This document shows positions 24,410-29,236 of a stretch of DNA of 29,236 nt, one piece after another. Position 1 is the stretch's first letter; each line of letters begins with the position of its first letter. The DNA comes from a virus. Taxonomy: Duplodnaviria > Caudoviricetes. The notes under the pieces were generated by a model, which was not told where the DNA came from, ran no database searches, and saw only the letters and a program-made list of their open reading frames with translations. The translations under genes and the position numbers were made by a program. Where the stretch lies: IMG/VR virus record IMGVR_UViG_3300012942_000108, positions 1 through 29,236 of that record; one strand, given 5' to 3'.

Positions 24410-26601
24410 TCCTGCGGAGGGTTGTTCATGTTGTTGGTCTGGGCAATCTGGTCGAGTGCGCTTTGCTGCGCATCCTGCACACGGTCAGCGTGGGAGTTGG
24501 CAAGGTCAGCCAGCGCCTTGAGACGTTCCGTTTCCGCCTTGATCTGCGCCTCTTGAAGATGCGCCTGACGGTCTGCGGCACGGTCCTGCGATTCCAGCGC
24601 GACTTCATGCGCCTGCAATTCGCTCTGCTGTGCCTTTTGGGCTGCGCTCAACTGCGCCGCCTGCTGCTTGGCCTGTATTGTAGCCTGTGCAGCTTGTGCC
24701 TTGGGATCAGGCGGTGGCGGCTGGTTCGGATCAGGTGGCGGCTGAAGCGGCAGCCCGATTTTCACCATATTCAGCGCATAGGAGACAGCATCGCGCTTGG
24801 AAATCACGTCTGGATATGCTCCCTGCATCTGCAATGCCGCTTGTGCTTTCATAATGCGGTGCATATGGGTTGAGGCATTCGGATCAGCAACCGGAACAAG
24901 GTCATAATCGTCCAAAGCCTGGAGAAATTCCTCGCGCTGCCACGGGCGCGCTGGCTGCCGGTTGGAACGCCAAAAAGCCTCCGGGTCTTCACGGAAGCGT
25001 TCTTTCAGCATCCCAAATTCTTCGGTCTGAGCCTGGTGCAGACGCTTATGGACCGCATCCAGAACTTTGGTCGCCTGCTCGATCAGGGCAATCGTGGTAC
25101 CGACAGGCGCATCTTGCCTGCCCTCGCCTACCTGAATCTCAGCCGTAGAGCCTAGACGCTGACCGCTCTGCTCGATCTGCTGCATGATGGATAGCATGCC
25201 AGCGGTCACGTCCTTATACGGCAGCGGCATCACGGATTGCTGTAGCGGCAAGCCTCCGGTCTGTAGCGGCATTCCACCACCAGGCGGGATACGGAACTCA
25301 TTGGTGACTTGGCGTCCGGCCGCTTGGGCGTAAATGAACCCAGGAAAATTAGCGAACATGCCGCTGTCGAGAGCAATACGCCATGCAGCCGTCAATGCCT
25401 GCGTTGTGTTACCCAGAATGTTCACAAGGCCGATGTCCCAGAACCCCATATGCGTTGGGACAAACGGGTATTTCACGAACCACTGGATAGCGCCGAAATC
25501 CTCATCGTCCTCGCGCCAGTTGCGGCGGATTTCGAGGATGGTCCGGTCATCTTTGTTGAGCGTGACCTTGTAGGGCAGCGGCAAGCCTTCCGGTGCCTCA
25601 GATTCGTCTATGCCGAGGTCAGAAGGATCAATCTCCGTGTAGGTTTCATAGACCGTATAACGGTTATCCTCTGGTCGCTGCGTGAGCGTGTTCTGGCCTA
25701 CTGTTTCCGCCTTCTTGCGGTCTAACTGGTTCAAATCCTCGACAGGATCAGTGGCAAGCGGCACATCGCGGTAAGCGCCGACGATCTGCATGCGCTTGAG
25801 CGTGGACCGACGCATCATGATCTGGTGCGTGAAACGCGCTGCGTTCTTGATGTCTGTGGCCGATGCAGAAACAATGATGTCCGAACCGTCTACCGATTCA
25901 CTGACTGGCCTGCGCCGCAGAGGGCAATTGTACACCTTTTTGAATGCACAACCGGCAAATCCGACATTGAAGAACGCGCGATCCGTATCCGGGTAGTATT
26001 CCGTCGCCGTCGTGGTCAGATAGTGATTGAAGTCCTTTTCCAGCGCCTCAGCCAGATCATCGCTGTCCGGCGTTTCCTTGGCATCGACGCGGACTTTGAC
26101 CGGGCCATCCGATGGCAGCAATTCGCCGCGCGCATTGGCCTGGAAGCGGATTACGGCCTCAAGCAACAGGGGATGCCTGACCGTGGACATGCCTTCCATT
26201 GGCGAGGACGAAGCGCCGACATCGCCGCGGGCATTCTCGATGTCCAGACCCAACAATTCCAAGCCGCGCTTTCGGGTGTTCACCCACTTGATGCGGGATT
26301 CATCATCCGCCTCAATGGCCTCCAACAACCGCTCGCCAAGCGACTTAAGCGTGCCTTCGTCTATGTATTCGGCAAGATTGGCGTCATGCTGGCGAACGCC
26401 GGTCTTGTCGCGCTTGGTATTGGGCGAGAAGTCAACGACCGCTGAACCGTCATCATCAATCTGAGTGACCGCACCAGTATCGGGATCAACGAGGATAGTC
26501 GTCTCATCATCCGGCATATCCACATTGGCAGCATCGGGCAGCGGAAGGCTATCCGGCTCTGGCTGCCGCAATGCGCCGAGGTCTTGGAGGGCGGCCATCA
26601 A
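24406..26601 (-). CDS. Portal protein
   Basis: 731 aa following terminase; HPLLLEAVIRFQA, AFKKVY, APVGTTIALIEQ; P/Q-rich coiled-coil barrel-like C-terminus. Confidence 0.9.
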   Translation of the reverse strand: MMAALQDLGALRQPEPDSLPLPDAANVDMPDDETTILVDPDTGAVTQIDDDGSAVVDFSPNTKRDKTGVRQHDANLAEYIDEGTLKSLGERLLEAIEADDESRIKWVNTRKRGLELLGLDIENARGDVGASSSPMEGMSTVRHPLLLEAVIRFQANARGELLPSDGPVKVRVDAKETPDSDDLAEALEKDFNHYLTTTATEYYPDTDRAFFNVGFAGCAFKKVYNCPLRRRPVSESVDGSDIIVSASATDIKNAARFTHQIMMRRSTLKRMQIVGAYRDVPLATDPVEDLNQLDRKKAETVGQNTLTQRPEDNRYTVYETYTEIDPSDLGIDESEAPEGLPLPYKVTLNKDDRTILEIRRNWREDDEDFGAIQWFVKYPFVPTHMGFWDIGLVNILGNTTQALTAAWRIALDSGMFANFPGFIYAQAAGRQVTNEFRIPPGGGMPLQTGGLPLQQSVMPLPYKDVTAGMLSIMQQIEQSGQRLGSTAEIQVGEGRQDAPVGTTIALIEQATKVLDAVHKRLHQAQTEEFGMLKERFREDPEAFWRSNRQPARPWQREEFLQALDDYDLVPVADPNASTHMHRIMKAQAALQMQGAYPDVISKRDAVSYALNMVKIGLPLQPPPDPNQPPPPDPKAQAAQATIQAKQQAAQLSAAQKAQQSELQAHEVALESQDRAADRQAHLQEAQIKAETERLKALADLANSHADRVQDAQQSALDQIAQTNNMNNPPQE

Positions 26602-26837
26602 ATCTGCCTATGCTTGTACTTGGAACGGATATGGTGCGCGAAGTGCTTGCCGACCGAATCCGCATTGCGGAGCGCGTCAAAGGCTGATCGTGGAACATCG
26701 GCATAGTGATATATCCGACCTTCGGCCGAACCCGACTGCGCGCCACAGAACTGCACAGCCAACGTGCCGCTGTTCTCGTCGTAGCCGACAGCGGCGATGT
26801 TTGAGCTTTTGACAGGGATAAGGCGAATGTCTGTCAT
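26598..26837 (-). CDS. KTSC domain protein
   Basis: Start moved to ATG 26837; PVKSSNIAAVGYD...LAVQF...YHYADVP...A.SVGKHF...IR..Y. Confidence 0.9.
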   Translation of the reverse strand: MTDIRLIPVKSSNIAAVGYDENSGTLAVQFCGAQSGSAEGRIYHYADVPRSAFDALRNADSVGKHFAHHIRSKYKHRQI

Positions 26838-26838
26838 G

Positions 26839-28533
26839 TCAAACCGGATAAAGTTTCTTCGGCGTCGGTCGGTACTGGCGAGCCATATTGTCCTCATAGA
26901 CCTGTTCTTCACGGCGCACGGCCATGCCTGAATTGCGGAAGAACACAAGCGCACCAGTCACGGTATCAACCACGTCATCATGCGCGCCCTTGGGAAAACG
27001 CTCGCACTCGCTCATGACCATTTCAGCCCAGTCACGATCAGGTGCGTAAATCATCCGGTCCGCGAACATGGGAACGACAGCATGGGCACGTGCTACCTTG
27101 TCCTTGCGTCCCGGATCGTTCAATTGGACCGAGAACTGAGCATTGCGGTAAAGGCGCCGGAACTCATTGGCGACGTCAATACCATTAGCCTTGTTCTCGA
27201 TCAGCAGCGTATCGACCTTGAACCGTTCGCAGGTGTGGTTTGCCCATTCACAGACGCCCCAATGACGGCGCAGGATCGTATCACGCTCTGCCTTGGTCAT
27301 CTGGAACCAGCCGGGATGGTCGGCTTCATCGAACGGCGGACCGTGAAGCGTCAGATGCTTCTTCCAGCCATGCAGGATAATCAGCTTTGGAACGTTGTCT
27401 TTCTGCCACAAACCCCAAACGGTCAACGCGCAGTAGTCGTTTTCTTCCTTCTGTGTGAAGGCCGTATCCAGATAGGCCGCTACATACTCAAGCTGGGGGA
27501 ACTGTTCCTTTCCAGCAGCGTCAAGCGGGCCTTCCCACACCTGCCAGTATTCACGCTTGAGAATGCCGCCGCCTGCCGGTGTCGGTGATTGCTGAAGGCG
27601 CCCAGACGCCATGTACGGCCCAAGGTCGATCTCCATGTCGGAGACTTCCTTGTCACCAAAGCGTTCCGGCCACATGAGTTCGCCGTCTTCTTCGCGGGGA
27701 TCTTCCCAGAACGGTTCGTCATCGCCTGGAATGTACGTCACGCAATGACGGTTGATGTCGTGGCGCATGGGAATCATCAGATGCACCCATTCGCGCCGTG
27801 TCTTGCCGCCTATGATCTCGCCAGAGACGTCCGCTTCATTGAGCCGCTGCATGATGACTACGATGGCGCTATGCTTCGGGTCATTCAGTCGCGTGGCTGA
27901 TATTTCCCGCCAGCCGCGCAAGACGGCATCTCGCTCGGCTTCCGATTCAACATCCTCAGTATTGTGGGGATCATCGACAATGATGACGCTGCCACCATAA
28001 CCGAGCAATCGGCCAGTGATCGACGTGGCTTGACGATAACCGCCCTTGGTATTGGCGAAGTCCGACTTGGTATCGGAGCCTGCCTTGATCTTGATAGTGT
28101 CGCCCCAATGCTCTTGAAACCAAGGCGAACTAATGAGGTCGCGCATCTTATCGCTGCTCTTGAGCGATAGGTCTTGGCCGTAGGAAGCACCCAGAATGCC
28201 AACCTGTGGGCCGCTGGTGTGACTGATCTCCTTCTGTATCCAAGTCCAGACAGGCCAGAATACCGCTGTCACCAAGGTCTTGGCGCACCGAGGCGGGAAA
28301 TTGACCAGCAAAAACCTGATCTCGCCGCGCGTCACTGCTTCCAGATGCACGCATAACGCTTCAACAGCCCAGCTATCGACAAACGGCGCCGTCTCGATAG
28401 AACTCCATGCCTGGCGAACGAACTGGTACAACGACCGTTCGGCCAGATGCTTGTCTATGGCCTTTTTCGTCGCTGCGAGCTGGTCAGGATGGATTGAGCG
28501 GAGAAAGTCGGCTGGCGACTTCTGCTTTGTCAT
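26839..28533 (-). CDS. terL: Terminase large subunit
   Basis: Walker A-like NFPPRCAKT, Walker B IIVDDPH, IMQRL coupling motif, nuclease LDTA, IENKANG, FPKGAHDDVVD. Confidence 0.95.
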   Translation of the reverse strand: MTKQKSPADFLRSIHPDQLAATKKAIDKHLAERSLYQFVRQAWSSIETAPFVDSWAVEALCVHLEAVTRGEIRFLLVNFPPRCAKTLVTAVFWPVWTWIQKEISHTSGPQVGILGASYGQDLSLKSSDKMRDLISSPWFQEHWGDTIKIKAGSDTKSDFANTKGGYRQATSITGRLLGYGGSVIIVDDPHNTEDVESEAERDAVLRGWREISATRLNDPKHSAIVVIMQRLNEADVSGEIIGGKTRREWVHLMIPMRHDINRHCVTYIPGDDEPFWEDPREEDGELMWPERFGDKEVSDMEIDLGPYMASGRLQQSPTPAGGGILKREYWQVWEGPLDAAGKEQFPQLEYVAAYLDTAFTQKEENDYCALTVWGLWQKDNVPKLIILHGWKKHLTLHGPPFDEADHPGWFQMTKAERDTILRRHWGVCEWANHTCERFKVDTLLIENKANGIDVANEFRRLYRNAQFSVQLNDPGRKDKVARAHAVVPMFADRMIYAPDRDWAEMVMSECERFPKGAHDDVVDTVTGALVFFRNSGMAVRREEQVYEDNMARQYRPTPKKLYPV

Positions 28534-28682
28534 GCGATTGTGTGTGGCCGTAAATTACGCCTGTCGCGGACCCGAAACGTGTAAGAAGTCCCACAGGCTG
28601 ACGGGGTTGTTCTATGCACGGCACTCACCGTCTTGCCGTGTCGCGTCCCCGGCATTAGCCGCCCACGCCCTGGGTTGTTCAA

Positions 28683-28759
28683 TGGTCGGAATGGCAGGAT
28701 TCGAACCTGCGATCCCTTGCTCCCAAAGCAAGTGCGATACCAGGCTTCGCTACATTCCG
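28683..28759 (-). tRNA. tRNA-Pro (anticodon UGG)
   Basis: 77 nt cloverleaf: acceptor CGGAATG/CATTCCG, D arm GCGA/TCGC, anticodon arm CTTGC-TTTGGGA-GCAAG, T arm GCAGG-TTCGAAT-CCTGC, discriminator A, encoded CCA. Confidence 0.97.
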
Positions 28760-28802
28760 AGGATTAAGCGATGCGGGTGCAGTTAGAACCGCGCCAAGCC
28801 AG

Positions 28803-29162
28803 TCAGGCTTTGTCCTTCTGCCGTTGGCGGTATGCGCGGACACGCAACCTAGTCTGTTCTCGTGCAACAGATTTCCGGCGTTCCATTTCAGCGACTTTGG
28901 CTCGCAACTCTAAAAGCTCTTGCGAGGCCGAAGGCTTTACTTCCTCCGATGTGCCAGCCAGAGCAGAACTGGCACTTATAGGGCTTTCCGTGCTTGGTGC
29001 GTCCGGCGTGCGCCCACGCTCCTTCTTGGGTCGCGTGGCGGACCTTACCGGAACACGCGTTTCTGCGGAGGCGGCGCTTGCTGGACGTGATACCCTCAAC
29101 AGGTCTGCTGGCCGACAAGCTATGTGGCCCGGATGATCGACATGGCAAGCGAGGCAAAGCAT
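28803..29162 (-). CDS. Hypothetical protein with N-terminal CxxCxxxH..C and C-terminal basic helix
   Basis: MLCLACHVDHPGHIAC...ELLELRAKVAEMERRK...RLRVRAYRQRQK. Confidence 0.6.
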   Translation of the reverse strand: MLCLACHVDHPGHIACRPADLLRVSRPASAASAETRVPVRSATRPKKERGRTPDAPSTESPISASSALAGTSEEVKPSASQELLELRAKVAEMERRKSVAREQTRLRVRAYRQRQKDKA

Positions 29163-29169
29163 GCCGCAA
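28888..29169 (-). CDS. Overlapping small zinc-binding-like protein
   Basis: SKRRLRRNACSGKVRH...PYKCQFCSGWHIG; start uncertain (TTG 29169 or ACG 29088 after GAGG). Confidence 0.5.
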   Translation of the reverse strand: MRHALPRLPCRSSGPHSLSASRPVEGITSSKRRLRRNACSGKVRHATQEGAWAHAGRTKHGKPYKCQFCSGWHIGGSKAFGLARAFRVASQSR

Positions 29170-29194
29170 TGTAACGGTTACAGTAACGCGTTAC
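29170..29194. promoter_or_regulatory. Tandem palindromes, candidate operator
   Basis: TGTAAC-G-GTTACA (29170-29182) abutting GTAACGCGTTAC (29183-29194). Confidence 0.5.
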
Positions 29195-29236
29195 AACTCA
29201 ATTCACGCTCTTAGGCTTCTCGCCCTTGGAAACCAG

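Larger units (their letters stand above)
1..29236 (-). mobile_element. Tailed phage/prophage late region (podovirus-like morphogenesis and lysis modules)
   Basis: Co-oriented, tightly coupled (ATGA/TGATG overlaps) genes in the order terminase-portal-scaffold-capsid-adaptors-nozzle-ejection proteins-lysis; no tape measure, sheath or tube gene; no host genes, integrase or att site visible so phage vs prophage cannot be decided. Confidence 0.96.

Noticed and set aside
28534-28682. Hammerhead or other known self-cleaving ribozyme
   Set aside because: No CUGANGA/GAAA core or other recognisable consensus by eye
28683-28759. tRNA as prophage attachment site
   Set aside because: Phage-like genes on both sides, no duplicated 3' end and no integrase in the window
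133-29136. Numerous long plus-strand ORFs (e.g. 3575-4195, 16317-16925, 25825-26445, 26980-27588)
   Set aside because: Antisense shadows of well-supported minus-strand genes; no recognisable motifs
1-29236. CRISPR array, diversity-generating retroelement or invertible fibre cassette
   Set aside because: No regularly spaced repeats, reverse transcriptase, TR/VR pair or invertase seen

Overview
The whole window is the late (morphogenesis and lysis) arm of a tailed dsDNA phage or prophage with podovirus-like architecture, with essentially every gene on the minus strand. In transcription order (right to left): small overlapping Cys/His ORFs, tRNA-Pro(UGG), large terminase, KTSC protein, portal, basic GG-repeat protein, GroES-like co-chaperonin, scaffold, head decoration-like protein, major capsid, freestanding HNH/EndoVII endonuclease, virion proteins, two adaptor-like paralogues, short fibre plus glycine-rich adhesin, tail nozzle, GNAT, two ejection proteins, tail fibre, lysis cassette, an accessory cluster (metallophosphoesterase, TSCPD-like, SprT-like), and a truncated tailspike-like beta-helix protein that the ORF track missed. 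Most unusual observations: (1) an in-frame UAG that appears to need readthrough to express a start-less protein domain (17327-17860); (2) a recurring x-[AKR]-x-GG-x-[VI] peptide motif shared by four otherwise different head/ejection proteins; (3) a shared GAGCGCGCTGC hairpin-loop element in two late leaders; (4) a dual-coding overlapped gene pair behind tandem palindromes; (5) a tailspike-like protein with a Sec signal peptide. All assignments are from motif recognition and gene order by eye; no database searches were run.
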